NCBI RefSeq assembly: GCF_006345805.1
Contig: NC_043008.1
Location: forward strand, 32,302,001 to 32,366,000
DNA: 64,000 nucleotides
Reading direction: 5' to 3'
From: Octopus sinensis
Taxonomy: Eukaryota
Shown: piece by piece, positions 23,541-37,589 of the stretch
Layout of the letters: each line of letters begins with the position of its first letter
Numbering within the stretch: position 1 is the first letter of the stretch
Translations under genes and position numbers: made by a program
The notes under the pieces: generated by a model
The model's database searches: none
What the model was told of the DNA's origin: nothing
What the model saw: the letters and a program-made list of their open reading frames with translations, nothing else

Positions 23541-24177
23541 GTATGTGTTTACACTATTGTAAAATGGTGCGTGGAGTTGCTTCAAAGGTAAGTAAGCCAT
23601 TCGATAAATAAGTTTCTATAACATAAATCCTAAATTCGATATGATCGATTAAGAACACTTAAAGGATGACTCCCATCATGGCTGCAGTCTAATAACTGGA
23701 AACTGAAAGAATAAAAAGTATATTTATCATCCAACCCTAGTTTATCTGTCATCAAAAAGAGATAGCTTTAAATTCTAACATTCATCTTTTATTCCTTTAT
23801 TCTAACAAACCACATTTGATATAGACGGATTAAACCTTGAGACAAAAACCAAACACGTTGTTCCTCATATTCTTAATATACTTCGCGCAGGATTTTACGT
23901 GGTCCACAATATAGTATAAATGAGAGTAAAATCGTCGTTAAATATCCCTTCCATCCTTAAAAAAAATCACAGACTTGACAATACTGTCTAAGGTACACAA
24001 ATACTGAACCCCCCACCGCCCCCAAAAAAATCATCATGCATTTTTTAGTCGAATGCATCGACTCCAGTACTTACTTTTTAAAGCCCGTTACATATTCTAT
24101 CAGTCTCCTTTGGATTTGATAGAAGGAAACTGAAAGAAGCCCATCGTATACATACATATGTGTGTGTGTATGTGTGT

Positions 24178-24241
<64 letters not shown>

Positions 24242-24254
24242 ATGCATGTATGTA

Positions 24255-25500
24255 TTGGGTTGGCAACTAAGTTCCCGCCGTTTTTTAAAATTTTGGAATT
24301 TATTGCGCTTTTAAATTTTGGAATCTATTTTTTTCGAGAATTCTATTTTGCAATCATTCTGGAATCTATTTTGTTTGTTTTGTTTTTTTAATTTTAGTTA
24401 ATTTTTGCTTATCATTAAAATGGAATGTCAAGTTGAGAAAAACTTTTTTTTTTGCATTTTATCAGGGTTCTAAGGCCGCAAAAGCTGCTCGCGACATTCC
24501 TGTTGTGTATGGAGAGGGTGCCATAGCTGAAAGAACCGCTCGTGATTGGTATGCCAAGTTCAAAAATGGAAATTTTGACCTCAAAGGTGCACCTCGTTCT
24601 GGCCGTTCATTTGAGTTCGATGAAGAGCGATTAAACCAACTTCTGCACGAAAATTCTCGTCAAACGTCAAGGGAACTTGCAGAGAAAATGGAATGTTCCC
24701 AAACTACTATGGAGAGGCATCTTCACTCGATGGGAAAGGTTCAGAAGTATGGAGCATGGATTCCGCATGCTTTAAGTGACAACAACAAAAATTAACGAGC
24801 CACAATCTCCGCTGGTTTGCTTGCTCGTCACCGCTCAACTCATGGACACAAGCAACAATTTCTTTACCGAATCGTTACTGGCGACGAAAAATGGTGTCTG
24901 TACATCAATATGAAGCAGCGTAAGGGAAGGCTTAGCCCCGGTAAACAAGCTACACTGCGCGTGAAACAAGATCTTCATCTGCGTAAAATGATGTTGTGAG
25001 TATGGTGGGACTAGGACGGGATTATCCATTACGAATTGCTCGAACGGAACCAAGCAGTCAACGCGGAACTCTATATTCAACAGATGGAACCACTCAACAC
25101 GGCTATTCATGGAGTTCTTCTGCTGCACGACAACGCCCGCCCTCATATCGCCAATATCACCAAGGAAGCCATTCAAACGCATGGCTGGGATGTGCTGCCA
25201 CACCCGTCGTACACTCCTGATTTGGCACCAACGGGTTTCCACCTCTTTTTATCTCTTTAAAATGCTATGCGTGGTGTTTCGTTCATTACTGATGCAGAAT
25301 TGAGAGCTTGGTTGGATCAATTTTTCAAGTCGAAATCGGGTGATTTTTACCAACGAGGTATTGAAGATCTTGTTAAACGTTGGGAAGAAGTTGTAAACAA
25401 CAAGGGTGAATACATTATTGATTAATTAGTTGTTATTTTTTATTAAACCTTCTAAAAAAAAATTAAAATTATTAAACCTTTTAAAAAATGCCAAGTAGTT
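24255..25500 (+). mobile_element. mariner (DD34D) transposon, defective
   Basis: TA + left TIR ttgggttggcaactaagttcccgccg; right TIR degenerate or truncated next to a SINE. Confidence 0.85.
24420..25425 (+). pseudogene. mariner transposase pseudogene
   Basis: HTH, PRSGR, WIPHAL (WVPHEL-like), IVTGDEKW, LLHDNARPH, HPSYTPDLAP; several in-frame stops, a frameshift and a small deletion. Confidence 0.9.
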
Positions 25501-25504
25501 ATTT

Positions 25505-25895
25505 CTAAATTTGGCACAAGGCTAGCAATTTTGGCGAGGGTCGAGGGGAAAGTCGATTTCATCGAACCCAGAGCTCAACTGGTCCCTATTTTATCAACCC
25601 CAAAATGATGAAAAGCGAAGTCAACTACAACGAATTTGGACTCAGAGCATAAAAAGCCGGCAAAAATACTGCAATAGCAAGAACTCTAACAATCCATTCT
25701 TTCTACTCTAGGCAAAAGACCTGAAGCTTTTGAGGTGGGCAATTCGACTACATTGATCCCAGTGCTCGACTGGTACTTATTTTATCGACTCTGAAAGGAC
25801 GAAAGGCAAAGTTGATCCCGGCGGAATTTGTATTCTAACGTAGAGACGGATGAAATGCCGTAAATCATTTTATCCGATACATTAACGATTCTGCC
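25505..25895 (-). mobile_element. two tandem SINE monomers
   Basis: Two family bodies in the same orientation. Confidence 0.7.
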
Positions 25896-26545
25896 ATTTT
25901 ATCTAATATATTAACAATTCTGACATCTCTAATAATGAAAGAACGAACGAAGCATTTACGTGACCGTTCGATTTGCAAAAAATAGCGACCACATTTCCAT
26001 CACATTTCATCCACATTGCCGACTTAAAAGAGATACAGTGTAATGTAAGGAGAATGTGTTTTGGTGTGTCAGGTAGTGGCTCAGAACAAATTCCAAAAAG
26101 ATGAGTTTAAAACAGGTTTCCAATGCAGGCTGGTTATACGACTAACTTAGCTCCGTAACTATGAGGTTTTGAGGTTTAATCCGAGGGCGTGCCACATTTG
26201 GCAAGTGACTTCACCTGTAACTTCTAATTAACCAAAACCTTTTGAATTAAATTTGGTAGGCGGTACCTATGTGGAAGCCCAACGCAGAAACCATCCCTGT
26301 TGTGAAGTTTGCACTCGCAACCTGTCGCTTAGATGCGTAACAGCAATTACCTGGCTATTATCTTTTACTTGTTTCTGGTCATTGGACAGCGGTCATACTG
26401 AGGACAGCTTTGAAAGGATAGAAACCGACCCTATGATTTAATATTTTGAAAGTCTGGTACCCCTTCCATCGGTCTCTGCCGAAATCGTTAACTTAGCGAA
26501 ACGTAAACAAACATTGATTGTCAAATCGTGGTTGGGACACACACA

Positions 26546-26576
<31 letters not shown>

Positions 26577-27129
26577 CACCACACACACACACACACACAC
26601 ATTGCAACTTTTATATTTTGTTTTAGTCATTAGACTACGGTCATGCTGGAGCACCGTCTTGAAGGGGTTTTAGTCGAACGAATCAATCCTAGGATGATTT
26701 TTAAAAAAAATCTGGTACTTATTATATCTAGCTCTTTGCCGAACCGCCAAGTTACGAGGACGTAAGCAAGCCAGTAAAGGAGACCCTGAAGAATGGTTAA
26801 GGATATTACCCTTCCTCCTCTTACAAAAACCATTGAAAAATGTCTCATTGTAAAACAGCATTATTTGTCCAGTAAAACCATGAATGGATACATATTTCAT
26901 GAGAAAACTTTCAGCTTTGGGGGATTGTCTTTGCTAATCAGTAAAAAGAAAAGAAAGCAAGAAAATACAGAAACTATATGAAGGAAAACGATTAAAAAGA
27001 AGGCATTCGAGGTGACGTGTTAAAATATTGGAGCAAAGATTTGTGGAAGGAATGGAATCTAACACATTCTTTGATGTTTTTGTCACGTATTTCCTATGAT
27101 GGAGAAATAAGTTGATCACCTTTAATAAC

Positions 27130-27798
27130 ATTTCAAAAGACAGACAGAGATGATGAGAACGTGAGAGATAGGAGAGAGTTGGAAGGAGTCAACAGGTAAC
27201 GAAAGAGAGAGAGAGAGAGAGGGGGGAGAGAGGGGAGAGAGATTGCGCTAGCGAGATAGAGAGCAGGAGAGAGAGACAAGCAGCTCGAGCTAACATGGGA
27301 GAGAGAGGGGCAGACAAAGAGAGAGAAAGATCTAAAGGGAGAGGGAAGGAGATAAAGAATGAGCGAGTGAGCTAACAAAAGAGAGGGGCAAACGAGGAGA
27401 GAGAGAGAGAGAAAGAGAGGCGGAAGGGATGAAAAGAGGGAGCAGACAAAATGGAGAGCGGATGGGAAAGAGAGACAACTAACGAGTTGAAGAGTGTAAA
27501 TATAAGAGCTAACGAGAGGGAGGTAGTCAAAGTGAGAGAGAAAGAAAGAGCTAACAAGTGAGGGAGAGAAAGAGAGAGAGATGCTAAAATAGACAGGTGC
27601 GGAAGAGCTAACAAAAAGCAAGACAGGTTGGGGACAGAGTGACAGAAGGATGGAGAGAAGGAGCTAAGGAGAGATAAAAAAAATAAAAATGAAATATATA
27701 TAATATAATATATATATATAGAGAGAGGGAGGGGAAGGAGAGAGAGAAGAGAGAGAGAGAGAGAAAAGAGAAAGAGAGAGAGAGGAGAGAGAGAGAGA

Positions 27799-27832
<34 letters not shown>

Positions 27833-28000
27833 AGAGAGAAGAAGAAGAGAAGAAGAAGAAGAAGAAGAAGAAGAAGAAGAAGAAGAAGAAGAAGAAGAAG
27901 AAGAAGAAGAAGAAGAAGAAGAAGAAGAAGAAGAAGAAAAGAAGAAGAAGAAGAAGAAGAAGAAGAAGAAGAAGAAGAAGAAGAAGAAGAAGAAGAAGAA
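27130..28000. repeat. polypurine tract ending in a long (GAA)n run
   Basis: GA-rich low complexity from 27130; near-pure (GAA)n from about 27838 to 28000. Confidence 0.95.
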
Positions 28001-28554
28001 CTGTATACCCAAGACTTGATCCTTAATTTTAGCAGCCTTGAAACTATTATATCCATTGAAAGATGTGATAATCTTAGGGGATTGTCCGCCTTTTCATCTA
28101 CTTGGCCGAGAAAGTGTATTTTAGATTGACATGGAATGTTTCTTTGTGTGTATATGTATGTAAGCGTGTGTATGTAAATATACGTGTATGTGTGTGTGTG
28201 TGTTGTGTGTGTGTGTGTGTGCGTGCGTGCATGTGTGCGTGTGTGTTTGTGTGTGAGTGTGCATATGTGACTGTTTATATGTATGACTTTTTATATTAAT
28301 GTAGCTATGTAAGTGTGTGTGTCTGTGTGTCTGTGAGTCTTTGTGTGTGTGTGTGCTTTGCATTTGACCCTTTGTTCTCGAGAAAAATGAAACAAACACT
28401 CGAAATATGCGGTTATTAAAACAAAGAATTCCTTTTCTAAGCCAAGCGCCATGTCCTTGAAAAAGATAATTAAGCTTACTTACTCGCTATCTAATTAAAC
28501 TAATTATATAATTAATAATTACCATTATTGCTATCATTATTAATGTCGTGAAGT

Positions 28555-28990
28555 AAGACGGCGAGCTGGCAGAATGGTTAGTACGCTGGACAAAAATGTT
28601 TATCGATATTTCGCCCGTCACTATGTTCTGAGTTCAAATTCCTCCCAGGTTAACTTCACTTTTCATTCTTTCGGGGTCGATAAATTAAGTACCAGTGAAG
28701 GTGCATGGCTCAGTGGTTAGAGTGCCAGGCTTACAATCGTGAGATTGTTAGTTTGATTCCCGGACCAGCCTGTGTATTGTGTTCTTGAGTAAGACACTAT
28801 TTCACGTTGCTCCAGTTCACTCGGTTGTAGAAATGAGTTGCGACATCGCAGGTGCCAAGCTGAGTTGGCTTTTGTCTTTCCCTTGACATCATTGGTGGCA
28901 TCAAAAGAGGAGACTGGTGTGTATGGGAGACTGCTGGTCTTCCACAAACAAACTTGCTTCGGAGGAGAACTTTCTAGATGTTATCCCGAG
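28555..28990 (+). mobile_element. truncated SINE directly followed by a second-family SINE
   Basis: 28555-28695 ggcgagctggcagaatgg...gagttcaaattcc; 28700-28990 ggtgcatggctcagtggttagag...gtttgattcccgg. Confidence 0.75.
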
Positions 28991-29589
28991 CAGATGTTGA
29001 AAAACAATCAGTGGTAGGCTCTTACAAAAAGAAGTTGTTCATCCATGAACTATGCCCTTCCTCTATATTTATGTACTCAACTGGTTCATATTTTATCAAC
29101 GCAAAGTCGACCCTAGCGAATAGTTTTATATGATAATGATAAATGAAATGATTGTACTATGATTTGTAGTGTATGTTGAGCTTCTTGATGTTGCTTATCC
29201 CGAAAACCATCCTGATCGAGTAAACCTATGTTGACAGACGTTCCAGTCGTAACTATCACGCCCATTTTGAGTTAAAGAAATATATATAGTCTTTATTCTT
29301 TATTGACATTTAGTTTTAAAATTAGCATTGCTTTTGTCATATAAACCTTTCCTTTGAAACAGTATCATCGCAAAGCTCTACCCGTCATCAAAACAATGTT
29401 TATAAAGCACTTTCCTTAAACAGTGAACAAGATATACATTTCCACATTCTATTCTTTATATAGCAACGTTTTCTTTTTCTATATTATCAGTATTACTCAA
29501 ATTTTTATTTAGTCATTTATTCATTTGTTTTTACACAACCCAAACGAGTGAGTTAACGACAAGTCTTCCGCTCCTCATTCTCATCGTGT

Positions 29590-30650
29590 GCTCCTGATTA
29601 GGTGTTTGTGGTTTCGAAGATTTAACAGGGAAAGAGATCTGAAAGCATAAGCGAGAAGTCTCCGTTCCTCGTTCCATTTCAGTTGCAGTTGCAGTCCGAA
29701 ACTGGGCACATCTCCTGACGCATTTATTCCCTTGTTCGAATCTTATAAAGTTAAAACAGATGTATCTCCCTTTTCAAGCTGTTCGTAGCTTTGACTTAGT
29801 CGTCGTTTTAGAGCTATTCTTATTCAGCAAGTCTTTTAAGGATTTATCATTTCTGATCAGGAATAAACTTTTCTAAACCGGTTTACCATCCACCGGAGCT
29901 GTGTGACCCTTCAGTTTTTTTGCTTGTTTTTTTTTTTAACGATTGTTATCAGCGGATTCTTCGCTTTTTGAGATAGTTCTGAGAATGTCCTCATAACAAT
30001 TTCTTGGACTTAGGTAGAAGTGAGACCAAGCACCCAGTCTTCCGTAACGCGAGAGTACTTAATGACGGTGATAAAATTATCTAATGTGAGAACGGCTAGT
30101 GGGGAATGGCTGCGGATGCGGCAAGTGTGACCAACCGTGCAGTGTGACACCAGCCGTACTGTGTAATATCAGTTTTACAGTGTGAGACCAGCTCCAGTTT
30201 GGTGTCAGTAGATCTACCAAGTAACGCTGGAGATTGGTTTCTAATGGCATAAATATCTATTTATATCTGTTGTGTCACATTCTACAGCGAGTTGACTAAG
30301 ATCTCCAAGAATATCTAAGGGAGAGTAACTTGGTTGTCGTATCGGTTTCTTTTGCTATGTCACTATTAAATACTGAGTTAAACAGATGGACAGTGGCAAC
30401 GGTTATATGAGTTCCAGTGTCTATCTTAGATTAAACCTTTCTGTCTTTGATTTTTAATTCCACTAAACCACACTATCTCTAGGTCTCTGCCTGCTACTAA
30501 TTTGACTAGAAATATACTCCTGTCCTCTTCCTGTACTTCATGTACGGCTCAGAAGGTTGTGCATAGCCACCTACCGTAGCCTTTCTTTCCAAATGCGTTA
30601 TATCAACAGCCGAGCACTGCGCTTTTGGATACGAAGGATTGTTTCCTCGT
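29590..30650 (-). pseudogene. highly decayed Gypsy-like LTR retrotransposon gag-pol relic
   Basis: Minus strand, in order: CFKRG..SYPKAQCSAVDIT (Zn knuckle remnant), KIDTGTHITV (protease), PALLGR, MVN..KFIP...PLKDLLNK (RT connection), SGDVPSFGL...LAYAFRSL (RNase H ADASSYGLG/AYASRSL-like); RT core missing. Confidence 0.6.
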
Positions 30651-31864
30651 TTGAAACACTTTGACTATATCTTAATTTTCTCGATATATTTATTTATTTG
30701 TTAAATTTCTTATTTCTTAGAAATTGTTTACCTTTAATCACGAGTGATTCACAGCGGTTTATCCCAACAGTTCCCCGGGTCAATCCTGATTGAGCTGGTT
30801 TACAAATAAAAGGTATTCCAGCCGTGACCATCCCAGCAGCGATCATTCCAGCTGTCCTTTTTCCAGTCATAATGTGTATCTCAGGTTACATTATCCGATG
30901 TTCTTTGTTGTTGTTTTTTAAATGTTGGGTGTGTTTTGGAGATTTAGTTTTTATTTCTAGCAAGTCTTGTGACTACAAACATGTTCACTTGTCAACACGA
31001 ACAGACTAGTTGTTGTAATAGAAGTAAGAAGGAGGCACCGGTGGTGGTGGTGGTGGTGGTGTTGTTGTTGGTGGTGATGAATTTAATACCGCAGATTCAT
31101 TGCGCTTAATTCTCTTCGCGTCTCTTTTTTTTTGCGCTGTTTGGGATAATTAATACCTACCACACTCATTGTCTTTGCAACCATTTCTTGGAATTTGGGA
31201 GAATTCAGAGCAAACACCCAGTCTTCGGTAACAGCGGCAGCACTTGGTGGTGATGAGGATAACGTTTATGTCAATGATGATGATATAAATGGCAGTAACA
31301 ACAACAACAACATTAATGATTACTGACCACAGTAGAAGACTTAACGTCATTGTTCGTTTTCCTAGAGACAGCAGCCAAATCTTGCTGAAATCACCCGATG
31401 CCATCATAATGGGGGAAGACACTATGGATAATATGACTTAGTTCAGACACAATGTATTCCGAGGTTACAATGGAACGAGATATTATGTCGTTAATTAATC
31501 TGTTGGTTAAAAAGGCTAAATCTCTTTAAAATGATATCTCAGAGTCGTAAAAACAACGAGGCATTGAATAACGTAGTCCGAGATGTACAGTGTCTGGGAT
31601 TACAAGATGAAATAGTCTCAGGTCGACCGTCTTTCATCATAGGTTTGCTGGATTAGAGTGACTTAGGATTAAAAGAAAACGATCATAATCAAAGAGAATG
31701 AGGAAGAAGAATATGATAGAAATAAAAATTACAGAATGAGAGAGGGGGGAGAGAAAGAGTGAGTGAGAGTGAGAAAGAAATTAAGAGAGAGAGAGAAAGA
31801 GAGAAAGTTTGTGTGTGTATGATAAGTAGAGTTCGAGTCGGTGTAAATGTTACTTTCTTTTCTA

Positions 31865-32235
31865 ATCTAGGCATAAGGCCTGAAATTTTGGGGGAGGGTG
31901 CCATTCGATTACATCGACCCCAGTACGTAACTGGTACTTAATTTATCGACCCCGAAAGGATGAAAGGTAAAGTCGACCTCGGCGGAATTTGAACTCAGAA
32001 CGTAAAGACATGAAATACCTATTTCTTTACTGCCCACAAGAGACTAAACAGAGAGGGGACAAACAAGGACAGACAAACGGATTAAGTCGATTATATCGAC
32101 CCCAGTGCGTAACTGGTACTTAATTTATCGACCTCGAAAGGATGAAAGGCAAAGTCGACCTCGGTGGAATTTTAACTCAGAACGTAACGGCAGGCGAAAT
32201 ACGGCTACGCATTTAGCCCGGCGTGCTAACGTTTC
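31865..32235 (-). mobile_element. dimeric SINE
   Basis: Same two-body structure and junction (gaaatac|ctatttcttt) as 3680-4076. Confidence 0.85.
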
Positions 32236-32444
32236 GGCTATCACGTTCAGCGTTCGATCATGTGAGATAATATTCATACATTCCATTTCATAGCTCTATA
32301 GCACACAATATCCGCTTGTCACCTGATCACCTGACATTTCGCTTCTGCCACCTTGCTTCAGGCAATTCAACAGTCCATTATTATGTGTAATAGAAACGCA
32401 CGCACACATGCACGCGCGCGCACACACACACACACACATACGCA

Positions 32445-32492
<48 letters not shown>

Positions 32493-32959
32493 CGTGCCCG
32501 CGCGCACATGCATACGTACAAACACACACACACACGTACACACACACAACACACATATATATATATATGCACATATGTATGTGTGTATGTGTATAAACTT
32601 AAGTACATACGTACAAATGTAAAGTGGCTCGGTAGTTGCAGGAATTTGAGAAGTGTGGAACCATCTCTTGGACACTAATATTCCCAGGTCTACTCTAACC
32701 CGGAGTGGTACCAACTGTGGATCTTTTCTTTTTGGCTGCACCTGTGGAAATTTTAAAGTTTTGCGAAAATCTTAAAAGTTGGTGTATTGACATAATTTTC
32801 CACGCTGAATCTCGGAGGCTAATTCAATATTTCCAGATGAATTCTTAAAAAAAGTTAGAGGTTTAAAGTTTGATAATTTTTACCCAATCAGAAAACAGAA
32901 TTTGGAAGCTATAATTTTGTACGTGACTGCACGTGTTGTCAACTGTAAACAAATGAAAT

Positions 32960-33150
32960 ATTTATTTCTTTATTGTCCACAGGGGGGATAATCATAGAGG
33001 GGACAAACAAGGATAGACAAAGGGTTTCAGTCGATCACATCGACCCCAGTGCGTAACTGGTACTTATTTAATTGACCTCGAAAGGATAAAAGGCAAAGTC
33101 GACCTCGGCGGAATTTGAACTCAGAAGGAAACGCTAGACGAAATGAAATA
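32960..33150 (-). mobile_element. SINE monomer with the long (type B) tail, 5' truncated
   Basis: tatttctttattg.ccacaggggg...gaggggacaaacaagga...gtcgatcacatcgaccccagtgcgtaactggtac. Confidence 0.7.
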
Positions 33151-34490
33151 TTGGTAAAATTCTGCTTTACTCTCGCCATATAACCTCTCGTAACTTTTTC
33201 ATTTTTTAAAAAAATTTCAGAATATTGTTGTGAATTTGTATTCTACACGCGGGAATTCATACGATTATGCAAAAAAAAAAAAATTGGTACGTGATTTAAA
33301 GCCCACTTAGCTATTATTTTTAGCACATGTCACGACTACATTATACCACATGCGTTTTAAGTATTTAATAAGCGAAAAATTACAACGTAGGTAAACAGCT
33401 TGGTAACAGCTTGGCTTGTTACTATGGAAACAGGCACCTGTATATATTTGTGGCTTTCGATTGGCTAAAATTATCTAAACTTTGCGAAATTTAAAAGCTA
33501 TTAACGTTTTACTTATGGCGAAAATGAATTTCATGACGATAATTACCGCACAAAACTACATCAAAACGTCAAATATGAAATCAATTGGAACAAAAATTGA
33601 AGAAACTGAAAAGTGGCAGTCAAACAGGAAAGACCCGCAACTGTCTGGATTCCAGCTATGGGTTAACTAGAATATGTAAAGATAATCCACTTGAACGTGT
33701 GGGTACAGAAATATCATTGGTTGGTGTCAGGGTGTGGAATAATTCCCCAAGAGTGAGGAACCCTTCGCTGTTGTCACATCATTCTTCTAGGAGAGGAACA
33801 CTCTGATGTAAAACCTGCGGGTTCACGTGATTAAGATCATCTCACTTCGGTCTGTCGCTAAGTGCTAAAGTACTAATCATGGAGATTCAGAAAGTGGTAC
33901 ACGAGTTGTACAAGCGTTTATCACTGCCAAATTCTTTGATATTTATTTCAAAATCCCGAACAGTTGAATCATCTAGTTATTGGATTAATGTGTAAATGAC
34001 TTAGTATCACACAGACACTTTAAATGCGTGACTTTAATGTAATCTTCAGGCATAGACAGAGTGGCATATTGTACAACAAAACTGTTCCTTGAAAATACAA
34101 TTTCAATCCATCTGACAAGCTTCTATTGTTTCTTTCCTCTGCCCCCTTGCATTCAAAAGGGATCAAGTTGAAAATTTGATAAAAAAAACATCTGTTGAAG
34201 AAACCATGGAATGAGATCGTACCACGGTATCATGATTCTTGACGGAATTTTCTTATCGCTCGTCCATGCACACCTACAGGTATATATAGAGGCTGTGTTT
34301 TTCATCTGATCGGCTTGAAAAATTGTTAAAACATTAAGATATTTTCCTACTTTTCTTAACATGAAACAAATGGCAGCCTTAATTCACAAATAAAAAATTA
34401 TATCCACTAATGCAGTGCTGAGCACTCGTTTTCATCGTTCGACATTTACGTATATATGTATGTATATACCTATATCTATATTTATATCTA

Positions 34491-34596
<106 letters not shown>

Positions 34597-35134
34597 ATTA
34601 TATGTAAGTATATATTTATCTAAATCTTGTACGACTCTATTCTTTCTTTCTATCAGCCCTTTCACGCTTATTCGTTTATTCCACTCTTCGTTCTTTCGTT
34701 TCCCCTCTCTCACATTTCCCTGCCTTCTCTTCTTGCTCACTTTCCCTCCTCTTTTCACTTCACTGTGTCCCTGTCGATTTTTTTCTCGCCTCTCTTTAAT
34801 TCTTCTGTCCCTTTGCCTCTACCTCTCTCCCTTTTCTTCCCACGTGACCGGTGTTCGGCCAAGCCTGATCTTTCTTTCTTGGTTCGTCCATCGTCCGTGC
34901 ATCATCTATATTCCTCTCTCTGTGCCTGTGAAATCTTGTATCCCTGCCGTAAGGCTTTACTTCCACACACGCCAGCTCAATTTAATTCGTCCTTAGTAGA
35001 AAGATACCTGTTGTTATGTCCTGTTATTTGTATTTGTGTAACATTCTCCGTTTTTTCCCCGTCCCTGTTTTCGTTTACATTTAGGAATTGCGTATCTTCT
35101 TTTACCTTTCACTCTAAGTAATACTGATTTCTAA

Positions 35135-35925
35135 TTTTGGCACAAGGCCAGCAATTTCAGGGAGGCGAGAATAAGCTGATCGCATCGACCTCAGTGTCCA
35201 ACTAGTATTTATTTTATCGACTCCGAAAGGATGAAAGGCAACGTTGACCTCAACGAAATTTCAACTCAGAACATAAAGACGGACGAAATGTCGCTAAGCA
35301 TTTTGCCCTGCTTGCTAACAATTCAGCCAGCTCACCACCGCCTCACTGTAAGTAACATCGGTTTCAGATTTGGCAAAAGGCCAGTAATTTTGAGGAAGGG
35401 GGCTAGCCGATTTCATTGACCCCCCCAGTGCTCAGCTGGTACTTATTTTATTGACCCCAAAAAGATGAAAGGCAAAGTCGACCTTAGTGGAATTTAATTT
35501 CAGGGCATAAAGACGGGTGAAACGCCGTTAAGCATTTTGCACGATGTGTTAACGATTCTGCTAACTTTCCACCTTAAGTCATTGTAGGTAATATGGGTTG
35601 TGAGACGTGAATTAATTATCCCGATAATTAATTATCCAAATAACTGTAAATATTTGCACAAATTGTTGAAAGTTTTTAACGGGAGTCACGATAAGAACAC
35701 TAGTGAAGATCGATAAATATTCCATTATCATCAGATCTGGTCTCAACTTTTTGCACAAGACTAGCAATTACATCGGCTCCAGTGCTCAACTAGTATTTAT
35801 TTTATCGTTCATGAAAAGATGAAAGACAATTTCAACTCGGCGATATTTGAGCGCAGAACATAAAATGCTGAAAGACGCGATAACGATTCTGGCAGCTCGC
35901 AGCCTTATATCACCCTCATTTATAA
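35135..35925 (-). mobile_element. cluster of three same-orientation SINE monomers
   Basis: Bodies at about 35135-35345, 35365-35575 and 35745-35925. Confidence 0.75.
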
Positions 35926-35942
35926 CAATCCAAGGTGAAATC

Positions 35943-36093
35943 GATTTCCACTCACTCCATGAAAGTTCTGAACTCATTAACAAATTTTCTGCTGGTTCCA
36001 TCGTCACATCATCATCATCATCATCAAATATGGCAATGGAACCAGCAGAAAATTTATCAAAGGGTTCAGAATCCCATAGAGCGAGTGGAAATC
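35943..36093. repeat. fold-back element with about 66-bp arms and a (CAT)n loop
   Basis: gatttccactcactccatg...ttctgaactc...aaattttctgctggttccat (35943-36009) pairs with 36028-36093; spacer is catcatcatcatcatcaa. Confidence 0.8.
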
Positions 36094-36446
36094 TCTTAAC
36101 TGACTCCATCTTAAACTTTGTCTAACTAGAGATGCCAAAGTGAAATGAGGACTTAATATAGATTCTGGTTGAAGGCACCTGAGCAACATGGGACTGAACG
36201 GCAGCCAACTAAATCAGTGACACTGTGACGATTGGAAAAGGTCAAACAAATCATGCTTAATAAAATCAAGATGGTTTTGCAACTTATCTAACAGCTTGTT
36301 AAAGGACGAATTATATGGATGCAAAATCCATTTGGTCATCTTAGAAATAGAGAGAGGAGATACAAAAAACGTCCCTAATATTTGTAGGAGAACAGTCTTT
36401 GTCAGCTTGAGGATCACTGCACTAGGCAGCAGTAGTATAACTGGGC

Positions 36447-36820
36447 GACATCTAACTTCTCTAATTAAGGACCAAAACGCTTACATGAGGTAGGAGCGTT
36501 TTCTTCTCTGAAGGCCTTCAGCTGTTTCAAGAGTTTCTTACTACCACTGAACTAGACGACAGTATAGCTCGGTTGACATATACCATCACTAAGTAAGTGA
36601 CGAAACATTTGAATGGGATGGGTTTTATCTCTGAAGACCTCCTGCACTTCAACTCTTACAGAACTATATAGTTGTATAAACGGACAACATCTAGTTTAAC
36701 TAATTAAGGACCGAAATACTTGAATGAGAGGGGCTTCTTGTCAGAGGACCTTCTGCTACTCAGTTCGCTCGAGAGCTCTTTGCTACTACTAAAATAGACA
36801 GTAATATATCTGGGTAACAA
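36447..36820. repeat. old diverged direct duplication (about 240-bp period)
   Basis: catcta..tt..ctaattaaggacc.aaa..ctt..atgag at about 36449 and 36689, with colinear downstream similarity. Confidence 0.45.
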
Positions 36821-37465
36821 CTAGCTTGATCAACTAACAGCTATATTGATTAACGTCACTGGGATTAAGTGAGCAAGAATTAAAATTGTTTTGTTGTATT
36901 TGTGTTGTTGTTTTGCTCTGGGTCAGCTCTTATTGAGCAAACCCTTGATAAAATATGCTTCAACCATGACAAAGTCGATTTATTTTTAGTCCCAGATAAC
37001 TTTATGTGAGGCAAAAATAAATAAATAAATACATAAATAAATAAACGTTAGAATGGTCGCGTTTAGAACTTTTTTTGTATATTCGTCCACTATTGAAGTC
37101 TCTTCGTTAGAATAATTTGAAAAAGAACTCACAGAAAGTGCAAAATTATGTTTAAAAATGGGGACATTTGATAAAGACAACAAATACTTTTTCGAGAAGA
37201 AAACCCACAAAAAATAATAAAACCAACAAAATCTTCTTTCTACAAGCAAGCTATCGCGACCGTATTATTGTTAAGTTATTTAAAATCAGTTCTACCTTCC
37301 ACTGACCGTCACGATTATCAGATAAAGCTTGCATACCAACTTCTTTACAGTGACCCTGACTGGAAGACAAAAGATATGTTATCACCTACCAAAACTTAAC
37401 ATTTCCGTTTAGAATAATGTGCGGGCCGTTTGTCAACATGTGTTGTGTGTGTGTGTGTGTGTGTG

Positions 37466-37523
<58 letters not shown>

Positions 37524-37589
37524 TGTATGTGTGTGGGCTGTAGTCATTGTAGCATTTGCATATCTATGACCTCATGTGTTTTTTTTGTC

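Noticed and set aside
26778-26872. CTGAAGA...GAAA...GTC pattern resembling a hammerhead
   Set aside because: Stem III and the cleavage-site register do not pair; stem I is out of register
31149-31326. Open frame LIVFATISWNLGEFRANTQSS...NNNNNINDY
   Set aside because: No start codon or convincing splice acceptor; partly low complexity
34627-35121. 164-aa ORF
   Set aside because: Arises from a pyrimidine-rich low-complexity tract lacking stop codons
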